This document shows, piece after piece, positions 1 to 11,771 of a stretch of 64,000 bases of DNA. The DNA is from Octopus vulgaris (taxonomy: Eukaryota), in assembly GCA_951406725.2 (NCBI GenBank), contig OX597818.1:136214001-136278000 (forward strand). The letters are read 5' to 3'. The translations under genes and the position numbers were made by a program. Position 1 is the stretch's first letter, and each line of letters opens with the position of its first letter. The notes beneath the pieces are model-generated. The model was not told where the DNA came from and did not search any database. It saw only the letters and a program-made list of their open reading frames with translations.

Positions 1-136
1 CGTCATTCGAAGGCTAAAACAATGCGAACGCATTGTGACCAGCGATGTGTAACAACATCTGATGGTCTGGTCGGTCACGTGATCACATGATATATATATA
101 TATATATATATACAAACACACACACACACACACATG

Positions 137-385
137 CATCATCATCATCATCATCATTATCATTTAACATCCGCTTTCCATGCTAGCATGGGTTGGACGA
201 TTTGACTGAAGTCTGGCGAACCAGAAGGCTGCACCAAACTCCAATCTGATCTGGTAGAGTTTCTACAGCTGGATGCCCTTCCTAATGCCAACCACTCCGA
301 GAGTGTAGTGGGTGCTTTTACATGCGACCGGCACAAGGGCCAGTCAGGCGGTTACTGGCAACAGCCACGCTCAGATGGTGCTTTT
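137..385 (-). mobile_element. SINE-like element family D ((GAT)n tail, VNTR-bearing), partial
   Basis: (CAT)n followed by tttaacatccgctttccatgctagcatgggttggacg...ggatgcccttcctaatgccaaccactccgagagtgtagtgggtgcttttt; this block recurs more than 10 times in the window. Confidence 0.8.
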
Positions 386-394
386 TATGTATTT

Positions 395-594
395 GTGTAT
401 CTGTGTTTGTCCCCCCCACCATCACTTGACAACCAATGTTGGTGTGTTTACATCTCTGTAACTTAGCAGTTCGGCAAAAGAGACCGATAGAATAAGTACT
501 AGGCTTACAAAGAACAAGTCCTGGAGTTGATTTGTTCAACTAAAGGCAGTGTTCCAGCATGGCCACATTCAAATGACTGAAACCAATAAAAGAA
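395..594 (+). mobile_element. SINE family A, 3' half
   Basis: acttagcagttcggcaaaagagaccgatagaataagtactaggcttacaaag...ccagcatggccac...aaatgactgaaac, shared with full copies such as 52021-52440. Confidence 0.8.
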
Positions 595-659
595 TATATA
601 TATATATGAAAAAACAAGTCAAGATAGAAAATGCTAAAATAATTTTATAAAGAACATTT

Positions 660-696
660 CAGTACCGGTTTCAGTCATTTGAGACCTTTTCAACTG
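660..696 (-). ncRNA. Minimal type I hammerhead ribozyme-like motif (U3-A8 variant) in a short repeat next to (TA)n
   Basis: Minus strand reads CAG-UUGAAAA-GGUC-ucaaau-GACU-GAAA-CCGG-UA-CUG: stem I CAG/CUG, core UUGAAAA, stem II, GAAA, palindromic ACCGGU stem III, UA cleavage site. Confidence 0.6.
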
Positions 697-1298
697 TAAC
701 AATTAAATAATTAAATTTAGAAAAATTAAAAGAAAAGTTTTTTTAAAAGAATATTTGTATAGTGTTTCAAATATAAGTGGCATTTTCTTGTTTCTGCCTT
801 TCTCTGTCTCTCCTGTTTACACTTGTGGGTTCGAGGTATATATATATATATATATTTAAATCCAAACGGGAAACAAAAAAACAACAACAATGGTTTTGAG
901 TTTAGTCTTACTGTGTGGACTTTGGGCAAGCGTCTTCTACTGCAGAACCTACTGCTCTCCCTGTCTTCATCTCCTTTATAACTTCACTAACCTACTGAAA
1001 CAAGCCTCATTATCTGATATCTCAGTTCGTTAGCCATGAGGTTGACCCTCAGTATCTCATTTCTACAACTCATTCAACAACTTCTCATAGTCATACTTCT
1101 CTATTTTCACACTCACAGAAGATGTTTCAGCATTATTTAAGATAATATCCCTTTATTTACACTGACTGTGTATCAATGTCATTTTGGACAATGATTCTGT
1201 ATTGTCACAGAAGCTGGATATAATCCTTCCTAATAACACCATCATTTACACAACAGAATAGTGACAGTTCCAAACACTTCAAATTTTAAAACTGGAAG

Positions 1299-1814
1299 AA
1301 ATGATGCTAAGAATTTTGTTTGGCATGCTAACACTTCTACCAGCTCATAACCTTAACCTTTTTGATACCAACCTGGCTGAAACCACCTCTGGCACTGTAG
1401 TACAAATGTCTTGTTTTCAAAAGTTCTGAATTAAAATCTTCCACCAAACCTTAGTCACAATTCATGTTCCCTAACATTAGCTTAATGATAACTAAGTTAT
1501 TTTACTAATTTTCTTGTTATATTTAAAATTAACTGAAAGAAACACAGAGCATCTCAACAGAAAAATGGTGACAAAAGGGCTAATATTGGTTTCAAATTTT
1601 GGCACAAATGATGCTAAGAATTTTGTTTGGCATGCTAACACTTCTACCAGCTCATAACCTTAACCTTTTTGATACCAACCTGGCTGAAACCACCTCTGGC
1701 ACTGTAGTACAAATGTCTTGTTTTCAAAAGTTCTGAATTAAAATCTTCCACCAAACCTTAGTCACAATTCATGTTCCCTAACATTAGCTTAATGATAACT
1801 AAGTTATTTTACTA
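1299..1814. repeat. ~208-bp direct duplication (1299-1507 / 1606-1814) overlapping a TTAA-type MITE (~1353-1583)
   Basis: Two apparently identical copies aaatgatgctaagaattttg...ctaagttattttacta; MITE ends ttaacctttttgatacc / ggtgacaaaagggctaa. Confidence 0.8.
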
Positions 1815-1959
1815 TATATCTATACGCATACATATCCACACATACACACATATCCATACACATAGATATATCTCCACACACACACATATCCATACACACA
1901 TATATCCATACACACACATATCCACACACACGCACATCCACACACGCACTCATACATAT

Positions 1960-2240
1960 ATCATCATCATCATTTAGCATCTGCTTTCCATGCTAGCATG
2001 GGTTGGATGGTTCAACTGGGGTCTGGGAAACCAGAAGGCTGCACCAGGCCCAGTCTGATCTGGATGATCTTCCTAACACCAACCACTCCATGAGTTTAGT
2101 GGGTACTTTTTACGTGCCACCAGCACAAGTGCCAGACGGGGCTGGCAAACGGCCATGGTCGGATGGTGCTTTTTACGTGCCACCGGCACGGGGTCAGGCG
2201 AGGCTGGCAACGGCCACGATCGGATGGTGCTTTTTACATG
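1960..2240 (-). mobile_element. Family D element
   Basis: Same (CAT)n plus ccatgctagcatgggttgg block and ggatggtgctttttacgtgccacc subrepeats. Confidence 0.8.
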
Positions 2241-2707
2241 CAGAATTTGAACTCAGAACATAAAGACAGACAAAATGCCAAAAAGCATTTGTTTTTTTTT
2301 TTTTATTTTGTCCAGAATGCAAATGATTCTGTCAGCTTGCCGCCTGAATCACCACCTTAATGTTGACGATCTAATTCAAATTGACAATATAATAACAATT
2401 ATGTAAAAATAAAAGCAAGCCTTTTAGAAGAAACAAATTAAAAAATACAAAACGTGGTAAATGCTGGTTGATTAAACAGATATAGAGAAAAAGTTGTGAA
2501 TTTTTTCATAAAATGTCTGAACAAGAGATTTTTTTGTTTGTTTATTTGTTTATTTATTTATTTTATTAAAATCAATAACAATGTATTTTTAGTAAGATGA
2601 TAATTGTTGAATGAAAATATTGGCAGAGATTAGCATTTCAATTAAAAATGACAGATGCTATCCATTTTTGCAGTGAAGAATGTGGCAAAATGATGGAGTG
2701 ATGAGGT

Positions 2708-2710
<3 letters not shown>

Positions 2711-2765
<55 letters not shown>

Positions 2766-2924
2766 AGGGAGAGAGTGAGTGACAGAATGGGGATGTGGAA
2801 GTGTTGCCAGAGCTGGAGGCACGGAATAGAATGGCACAGAGGAGTGAAGCAGTGGAGTCGCAGTCTGTTGTGTTTTCCAAGAAGAGAACCATATCTGAAA
2901 ATATTTTACAATGGCAGTATATAA

Positions 2925-2993
<69 letters not shown>

Positions 2994-3140
2994 GGTGCTG
3001 TTGCTGCTGCTGCTGCTGCTGATGATGATGATGATGTTGATGATCATGATGATCATGACTAGTATTGGTGATAGTTGTGGTGGTGGTGGTAGTGGTGGTG
3101 GTGGTAGTGGTGGCAGTGGCAGTGGTGGTGGTTGTGGTAA
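2711..3140. repeat. Compound microsatellites (AG)n, (CTG)n, (TTG)n, (ATG)n, (GTG)n
   Basis: Directly visible; explains the poly-Q, poly-L and poly-C ORFs. Confidence 0.95.
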
Positions 3141-3524
3141 TGATCTGTTGTAGGTGTTTAGCCCTAAGGGTGCACTGATTCAGCAGACCTATGATCGAAG
3201 AGACTCCAATTATGACCACCCTGTGTCTTCTTCATATACCTAACTTGGATAACATTATATCCAAAGTGTCTTTTTTTTCTTCCATTTTAAGATGATAGTG
3301 TAATCTAAGGAAAATCTGGTTGCTATTTTTAGCATGCAGAGAATTCTATTCTGGGCTCAAAATAAATAGTATGGTAAACAGACCATCATGGAGTCAATGC
3401 GGAAGCCTTTATACAGTCAAGAGCCCATCTCCCACTCACTGACTCCATGATAGTGATGAAGATGCTATCTCAAGGCTGATTTTTGAAAAGGTTGGAGTTC
3501 AGTTATTTAAAGCCACCAGTATAA

Positions 3525-3778
3525 TCCTCCTCCTCCTCCTCCTCCTCATCCTCCTCCTCCTCCTCCTCCTCCTCATCATCATCATCATCATCATCATCCC
3601 CACCACCACCACCATTGCCACCTCCACCACCATCATCATCATTACCACCACAAACACCATCGCCACCACTACCACCATCATCATCTTCATCATTACCACC
3701 ACCACCACCACCATCATCACCACCACCACCACAACCACCATTGCCGCCGCCACCGCCACCACCAGCAGCAGCAGCATC
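3525..3778. repeat. Trinucleotide low-complexity tract (CCT/CAT/CAC)n
   Basis: Directly visible. Confidence 0.95.
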
Positions 3779-4693
3779 AAATTCACCTATCTCATGTCTT
3801 GGGTTGGCCAGGTCTGTACTAACAGTGTCTCACCACGTGCCATGGGTCTTCCTCAATTTTGTAGACACATGCAAAAAAAAACAAACATACACAGTTGTGT
3901 ATGTCATCTTATCGTTACAGTTGTTGTCGTTGTTGTTGTTGCTGCTTCCCATATTGATGTTGTTGTTCTCGTAGTATTCTATACAACAACATATTATAGT
4001 TTCTTTAGCATTCTGTATTCTAATATACTGTCGTAGCAGTTGTTTCAGTGTTCTTCATAGAAATATATTGTTGTTTCATTTCTTCGTCGTCGTCGTCGTC
4101 ATCATTATAGTTATGACAGCTAAAGACATCATAATTTATGGAAACAACAGCCTTGTGGTAAATAGATGTTAGTGCAAGTCTTCTTAATTGACCTTTCAAC
4201 CAAAACAGTGTTGTTATGACAACATAATCAGGAAACTTGCTGGAGACCATTGGCAACAGAAGAAATTAAACTGAACAACGTGTTTCTGGTGAGAGAGATG
4301 GAGAAACTGAGGGATGCGGAGAGGAAGATCGGAGTCGGAGAGAAGAAAATGAAGTTGTTGACGGTAGCAGCGTCATCATTATTATCATCATCATCATCCC
4401 ATTACTACCATCACCACCACCACCACCACCATCGTCATCATTGTCGTCATCGTCATTTTAACATCTACTTTTCCATGCCTACTGGAATCGGATGGGATTT
4501 GTTGAGGCATATTTTCTATGGATGGATGCCCTTCCTGTCACCAACACTCACCTGTTTCCAATTCATGTTTTCCACAAAGACTGGAAAGAAAGGACACTGC
4601 TTGCATGACAGGGATGCTCACTTACAACTATCAAGCAATGTCAAAGCAAGAAAACACTGACACACACACACACATACATATATAAATATCACT

Positions 4694-6942
4694 ATCATCA
4701 TCATCATCATTATCATTTAATGTCCATTGTCCATGCTGGCATGGGTTGGATGGTTTGACCAGGGCTGGCAAGCTGGAAGGCTGCACCAGACTCCAGTCTG
4801 ATCTGACATGGTTTCTATAGCTGGATGCCCTTCCTAAAGCCAACCACTCTGAGAGAGTAATGGGTGCTGTTATGTGCCACTGGCACAGGTGCCATTTGCA
4901 TGACACCAATATCTGTCATGACTGTGATTTTGCTTGGCTTGATGGGTTTTCTTCTCAAGCACGACATAGTGCCAAAGGTTTCAGTCATTGCCTCCATAAG
5001 GCCCAACACTTGAAAAGAGCTTTTCACGTGCCACCAGCATCAGCCACTTTGCCTCCGTGAGGCCCAACACTGGAAAGGTGCTTTTTATGTGCCACCAGCA
5101 TGAGTGCCAGTTATGTGCCACCAGCATCAGCCACTTTGCCTCCATGAGGCCCAACACTGGAAAGGTGCTTTTTATGTGCCACCAGCATGAGTGCCAGTTA
5201 TGTGCCACCAGCATCAGCCACTTTGCCTCCGTGAGGCCCAACACTGGAAAGGTGCTTTTTATGTGCCACTAGCATGAGTGCCAGTTATGTGTCACCAGCA
5301 TCAGCCACTTTGCCTCCATGAGGCCCAACACTGGAAAGGTGCTTCGTTATGTGCCACCAGCATGAGTGCCAGTTATGTGTCACCAGCATCAGCCACTTTG
5401 CCTCCGTGAGGCCCAACACTGGAAAGGTGCTTTTTATGTGCCACTAGCATGAGTGCCAGTTATGTACCACCAGCATCAGCCACTTTTCCTCCGTGAGGCC
5501 CAACACTGGAAAGGTGCTTTTTATGTGCCACCAGCACGAGTGCCAGTTATGTGCCACCAGCATCAGCCACTTTGCCTCCGTGAGGCCCAACACTGGAAAG
5601 GTGCTTTCTATGTGCCACCAGCATGAGTGCCAGTTATGTGCCACCAGCATCAGCCACTTTGCCTCCGTGAGGCCCAACACTGGAAAGGTGCTTTTTATGT
5701 GCCACCAGCATGAGTGCCAGTTATGTGCCACCAGCATCAGCCACTTTGCCTCCGTGAGGCCCAACACTGGAAAGGTGCTTTTTATGTGCCACCAGCACGA
5801 GTGCCAGTTATGTGCCACCAGCATCAGCCACTTTGCCTCCGTGAGGCCCAACACTGGAAAGGTGCTTTCTATGTGCCACCAGCATGAGTGCCAGTTATGT
5901 GCCACCAGCATCAGCCACTTTGCCTCCGTGAGGCCCAACACTGGAAAGGTGCTTTTTATGTGCCACCAGCACGAGTGCCAGTTATGTGCCACCAGCATCA
6001 GCCACTTTTCCTCCGTGAGGCCCAACACTGGAAAGGTGCTTTTTATGTGCCACCAGCATGAGTGCCAGTTATGTACCACCAGCATCAGCCACTTTTCCTC
6101 CGTGAGGCCCAACACTGGAAAGGTGCTTTTTATGTGCCACCAGCATGAGTGCCAGTTATGTACCACCAGCATCAGCCACTTTTCCTCCGTGAGGCCCAAC
6201 ACTGGAAAGGTGCTTTTTATGTGCCACCAGCATGAGTGCCAGTTATGTGCCACCAGCATCAGCCACTTTTCCTCCGTGAGGCCCAACACTGGAAAGGTGC
6301 TTTTTATGTGCCACCAGCATGAGTGCCAGTTATGTACCACCAGCATCAGCCACTTCGCCTCCGTGAGGCCCAACACTGGAAAGGTGCTTCTTATGTGCCA
6401 CCAGCACGAGTGCCAGTTATGTGCCACCAGCATCAGCCACTTTGCCTCCGTGAGGCCCAACACTGGAAAGGTGCTTTTTATGTGCCACTAGCATGAGTGC
6501 CAGTTATGTGCCACCAGCATCAGCCACTTTGCCTCCGTGAGGCCCAACACTGGAAAGGTGCTTTTTATGTGCCACCAGCACGAGTGCCAGTTATGTGCCA
6601 CCAGCATCAGCCACTTTGCCTCCGTGAGGCCCAACACTGGAAAGGTGCTTTCTATGTGCCACCAGCATGAGTGCCAGTTATGTGCCACCAGCATCAGCCA
6701 CTTTGCCTCCGTGAGGCCCAACACTGGAAAGGTGCTTTCTATGTGCCACCAGTCATGAGTGCCAGTTATGTGCCACCAGCATCAGCCACTTTGCCTCCGT
6801 GAGGCCCAACACTGGAAAGGTGCTTTCTATGTGCCACCAGCATGAGTGCCAGTTATGTGCCACCAACATCGGCCATGACTATGATTTCACTTGGCTTGAC
6901 AGGTCTTCTGAAGCACAGCATACTGCCAAAGGTCTCGGTCAC
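4694..6942 (-). mobile_element. Family D element with a hugely expanded internal VNTR
   Basis: Family D tail block at 4694-4880; flanking module gactgtgattttgcttggcttga...gccaaaggt appears on both sides of the array (~4920-4985 and ~6877-6942). Confidence 0.75.
5028..6868. repeat. 87-bp minisatellite, ~21 near-identical units
   Basis: Unit gtgaggcccaacactggaaaggtgctttttatgtgccaccagcatgagtgccagttatgtgccaccagcatcagccactttgcctcc; 29-aa periodicity in the ORF track. Confidence 0.97.
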
Positions 6943-7340
6943 TAGGACACACACACAACAGGCTTCTTTCATTTTCCATCTACCAAATCCACTCAGAAAC
7001 CTTTGGTTGGTCTGGATCTATAGTAGAAGACATTTGCCAAGGTGCCACACAGTCAGACTAAACATGTGGTCAGGAAACAAACTTCTCCCCCTACAGCCAC
7101 ATCTGCACCTAAAGTGTAGAAAGAAAAAGTAAAATGAATATTTATAAAAATTTCATGCTTACATACATTGATAGGAATGCAGCCGGGTATATGTGAATAT
7201 ATGTGACTCCAGGTATAGATATTTTATATAAGCATGGATTTATATATATGAGTATGTGTGGATATTGTTATATTTACACATACCTACCTCTGCATGTGTA
7301 CATGTATATGCATGTGTGCATGTATATATGTGTACACTCA

Positions 7341-7724
7341 GTGGAGGCGCAATGGCCCAGTGGTTAGGGCAGCGGACTCGCGGTCGTAGGATCGCGGTTT
7401 CGATTCCCAGACCGAGCGTTGTGAGTGTTTATTGAGCGAAAACACCTAAAGCTCCACGAGGCTCCGACAGGGCATGGTGGTGATCCCTGCTGTACTCTTT
7501 CACCACAACTTTCTCTCACTCTTTCTTCCTGTTTCTGTTGTACCTGTATTTCAAAGGGCCGGCCTTGTCACTCTCTGTGTCACGCTGAATATCCCCGAGA
7601 ACTACGTTAAGGGTACACGTGTTTGTGGAATGCTCAGCCACTTACACGTTAATTTCACGAGCAGGCTGTTCTGTTGGTCGGATGAACCGGAACCCTCGTC
7701 GTCGTAACTGACGGAGTGCTTCCA
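7341..7724 (+). mobile_element. tRNA-derived SINE family B, full length
   Basis: tRNA-like head with A box (tggcccagtgg) and B box (ggtttcgattccc); 13-bp TSD atgtgtacactca at 7328-7340 and 7728-7740. Confidence 0.9.
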
Positions 7725-7887
7725 TCCATGTGTACACTCACATATAATTATACTCATGTGCAAGCCTGCATGCATGCCTCCATGTATGCAAGAATTTTTA
7801 TATATGTAAAAATTAGATACAAATGTATCAAGAATGCACGTAACATGCATGAGTTTTGCATGCGTATGTATGTGTTGATGTGTGTAA

Positions 7888-8071
7888 TGGCACGTAAAAA
7901 GCACCCACTACACTCACCGAGTGGTTGGCATTAGGAAGGGCATCCAACTGTAGAAACATTGCCAGATCAGACTGGGTCTGGTGCAGCCTTCTGGCTTCCC
8001 AGACCCCAGTTGAACCGTCCAACCCATGCTAGCATGGAAAGCAGACGTTAAAAGATGATGATGATGATGAT
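7888..8071 (+). mobile_element. Family D element, 3' part with (GAT)n tail
   Basis: ...cccatgctagcatggaaagcagacgttaaaagatgatgatg. Confidence 0.85.
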
Positions 8072-8656
8072 GTGTATACATCTCCACATATATATATTCT
8101 TCTACTACTAAGCACTGACCTGTCCTCTAAGCAACCTAACCTATATTCCCAAATTCTTCATTTCACCATTTTACTACCCCTACCCCCTCTCTCTGCCCTT
8201 CACTTAGGCTCTACCACTACATACCACACACTCCTTTACTCTTTACACTCTCATATCTTTCTCTCTCTATCATCCCCACCTCTCCATTCATTCTATCAAT
8301 TTATCCTGACTGACCACTAGCCAGTACACTTTCCCTCTCTTCATTTCTTTATTATCTCCCTCACTTTGTTTTTCTTTTTCTCTCTTCCTGTTTTTTCATT
8401 TGACCTTATAAACACATTCCCAACTTTTAAGTCACTTCAAAAGACCCTCAATCCAATAACACGGCTTACAAACTCTATGCTTGGAATGACCAATTTTAAA
8501 TGCTATTGGAACTTACTCACAAGGTACAGGAAACTTATGTGTATACCATTCAGCTTAAATAATGGAACTGCAGATACAATATCCTTACATATCTCACGTC
8601 TGTTTTCATTCCTCCACTTCTCTAGAATAACTATTGCTTAACCATTTTCTCGCACC

Positions 8657-8704
8657 ATCTCTGATAAAGGGATATATAAAATATCCCAGAAACAGCTGTA
8701 AGAT
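8657..8704 (+). ncRNA. Degenerate minimal hammerhead motif (Penelope-type)
   Basis: AUCU-CUGAUAA-a-GGGAUAU-auaaa-AUAUCCC-a-GAAA-CAGCUG-UA-AGAU; G8 is replaced by A and the stem II closing pair is mismatched. Confidence 0.55.
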
Positions 8705-8806
8705 CTTCTCTGTAAATGTTCTGAAATCTTTCACAGCCTTGGATTTTTATCTCATTCTGCTAATTTTTTATATATATATGCATGCTAATATATGACCTAC
8801 ATATAG

Positions 8807-9072
8807 TCTCCAGATCTCAATATTATTGAACATTTATGGTGCATTTTAGAAAAACAAGTAAGGAGTCTATATCCTCTACCATCATCATTACAAGAACTGG
8901 AAACTGTTTTAGCTGAAGAATACACAAAAATTCCTTTGGAAACAATTCAACTTTGAATGAGTCCATACCTCATAGAATTCAAGCTGTAATTACTGCGAAA
9001 GGTGGTCCTACCCCATATTAAAATAAACTTGTTTGAAATTTTAAGGTGTTTCCATTATTTTGTCCAACCCTG
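8807..9072 (+). mobile_element. Tc1-like (DD34E) transposase C-terminal fragment with right TIR
   Basis: Translates SPDLNIIEHLWCILEKQVR...LQELETVLAEEYTKIPLETI / ESIPHRIQAVITAKGGPTPY*; ends ttttgtccaaccctg followed by (TA)n. Confidence 0.85.
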
Positions 9073-9128
<56 letters not shown>

Positions 9129-10438
9129 ACACACACACGTGCGCACACACACACACACACACACACATTGATCTGCTTGCCTAGTCATTTGGGTGGCATC
9201 GTTTGAAAGCTAAAACAATGCTAAGTGCATTGTGACCATTGGTGTATAACATTTGATTGTCTGGTTGATACAGTGATATATACATATATACACATATATA
9301 TGCATTTATATTTGTGTATGTTTGTATGCATGCATGTGTGAATGTTTGTTTATATCTGACTTACTTTGGCATAAGTTGCAGCATACAGGTGGTGGTGATG
9401 TGGTTCGATCTCTTGTCAACAAACTTTGGCACCTTTGAAGCCACATAGAATAGGAGATACCTGAACTGAAAAACAAATAAGGGTTGGTGACTGAAGAGTA
9501 TTCAGCTGTAAAACAATGCCTCAATAACACTTTAGTTGAACCCATACTGACATGGGAAAACAGATGTAAAAACAAACAATGAAATTTTAAAACAGATATA
9601 AGGGCACACATTGTATCTTGTGACAAAGATGAGGACATACCTTGCATTTAAATACAAAGATGAGGGCATATATTGGTATTTTACAACTTGCCTCAAAGCC
9701 TCTTGGCATACCTACGAACCAAATGTGGCATACAACTTTACCATGGCACAGCAGCTGAAAATGTTTCCTCTAAGTATTACATGCCTTGTTTCTGAGTAAG
9801 AAAGAAATCAATTTTGACAGCAGAAATTAGATTAATTTTTAAACAAGAATCAACAACACAACACGTTCAACGGAAAATTCGTTGTTTCATTGTTCTCTGT
9901 GGATTTAGAATAAAACATTATTTTTTTTGAATAGAATAAAAAAAATTTTGTTAAACACACAGCTCTAAAAAACTTTAGAAAAATTGAAATTTCTGTTTTC
10001 AAAAAAATGTATATATATATATATATTAAAAAAAAACAACAATATTCCTAAATACAAAAAAATCTCTTAATAGAAAATTTTTAAAAATTTCTCCACTATC
10101 TGTCCATGATAGATTAGCTGACAACAAATTCTTGAAGCAATTAATTTATTTTATAATATGTGTGTCTAATAGAGCAGAATTAAGTTCCCAGATAACTGAC
10201 TATAATTCGTTTAAATTCCCCACTCAAGCAGCATCACTCCATTAAAGCTGCAGCTACACTGATTTAAATCTGCTGTTACAGGTACAGGCATAGGTGTGTG
10301 GTAAGAAGTTTGTTTCCTAACCACTCTGTAGTTAGGTTCAGACCTACATGCATTTTGTCCAGTATGATAATGATTCTGTCAGCTCACTGGCCAACCCAAA
10401 AGAGCACTCATAGAGTGGATTTGATAGAAGGAAGCTGA

Positions 10439-10477
<39 letters not shown>

Positions 10478-10559
10478 GAGAATATCTGAAATAAACTCGA
10501 CTGCTCTCACAAATGAGAATGCTAAAAATGAAGCTGACAGCTTTCAAAAATTAAGTGAA

Positions 10560-10750
10560 AAAAACGGAAAATAATCCAGAATCATTGTCTCGTACTGGAT
10601 CTAACCCTCTAATCAGCTTGTGCCTGTTACGAGGCCAAACATTCCTGAAAGTCTCATCTGAATCCATCCAGCGGTTCTTGAGATATCTTGTCCACAAACA
10701 AACAAACATGACTGAAAACAATACCTCTGCCTTCGCTAAGGTGGAGGTAA
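10560..10750. mobile_element. Non-autonomous Helitron/Helentron-like fragment
   Basis: Terminal hairpin acctctgccttcgctaaggtggaggt next to (AAT)n; internal acaaacaaac repeat. Classification by resemblance only. Confidence 0.4.
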
Positions 10751-10755
10751 TAATG

Positions 10756-10811
<56 letters not shown>

Positions 10812-10930
10812 GACTTTTTTATTGGCCACAAGGGTCCAAGACATAGAAGACAATATAGAAGGATGAGTTACAGCACACAAAAAAGAAAATTATAAAACCA
10901 TGTGGAGTTAACATCAATCAAGGGGAGATA

Positions 10931-11260
10931 AAAGGAGCACTCCGTCGGTTACGACGACGAGGGTCGCAGCTGATACGGTCAACGGAACAGCCTGCTCGTG
11001 AAATTAACGTGTAAGTGACTGAGCAATCCACAGACACGTGTACCCTTAACGTAGTTCTCGGGGAGATTCAGCGTGACACAGAGTGTGACAAGGCCGGCCC
11101 TTTTGAAATACAAGGTACAACTCATTTTTGCCAGCTGAGTGGACTGGAGCAACGTGAAATAAAGTGTCTTGCTCAAGGACACAACACTTCGCCGGGAATT
11201 GAATTCATGACCTTACAATCGTGAGCCGAATGCCCTAACCACTAAGCCATGCACCTTCAT
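10931..11260 (-). mobile_element. SINE with family B 3' module but a different tRNA-like head
   Basis: 15-bp TSD aatcaaggggagata at 10916-10930 and 11261-11275; 10935-11115 matches the family B tail. Confidence 0.85.
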
Positions 11261-11349
11261 AATCAAGGGGAGATACTACTACATTAAAGAATATAATAAT
11301 TCTTTCTACTATAGACACAAGGCCTGAAATTTTTTAGGGAAGAAGAATG

Positions 11350-11658
11350 GCTTCAAATTTTGGCACAAGGCCAGCAATTTTGGGGGAGGGTAAGTTGGTT
11401 AAATTGACCCCAGTACTCAACTGGTACTATTTTATTGAGCCTGAAAGGTGAAGTTAACCTTGGTGGAATTTGGTGGAAATTGAACTGTGAAGTTAACCTT
11501 GGTGGAATTTGTTACACTGGTGCTTAATTTATCAACCCCAAAAGGATGAAAAGCAAAGTCAACCTCAGCGGAATTTGAACTCAGAACATAGTGACAGGCA
11601 AAATACCGCCAGGCATTTTGTCCAGTGTGCTAATGATTCTGCCTGCTTGCCGCCTTAT
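11350..11658 (-). mobile_element. SINE family C (Nin/Deu-domain-like) fragments
   Basis: aaaggatgaaaagcaaagtcaacctcagcggaatttgaactcagaac, the reverse complement of the family C core. Confidence 0.75.
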
Positions 11659-11664
11659 TAAAGG

Positions 11665-11708
<44 letters not shown>

Positions 11709-11771
11709 TGCTGTAGCCTGATGTTAGGAATTTTTCTTCTCCAACAGTCTAATCTGTTGTGTGTATGCAGA

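Noticed and set aside
3786-3870. Minus-strand exon ending at AG|GTGAAT
   Set aside because: Stops in all frames and no valid acceptor after the T tract; it weakly resembles a decayed RTE LINE end (TW*DTVSTDL).
5493-6491. 332-aa Cys/His repeat ORF as a C2H2 zinc-finger gene (CQLC...NTGK)
   Set aside because: 29-aa period without the HxxxH pair, near-identical DNA units, lies inside a retroelement, and neighbouring units have stops and indels.
7341-7415. tRNA gene (and similar heads of the other SINEs)
   Set aside because: The tRNA-like heads continue into SINE bodies with TSDs and do not form a complete cloverleaf with terminator.
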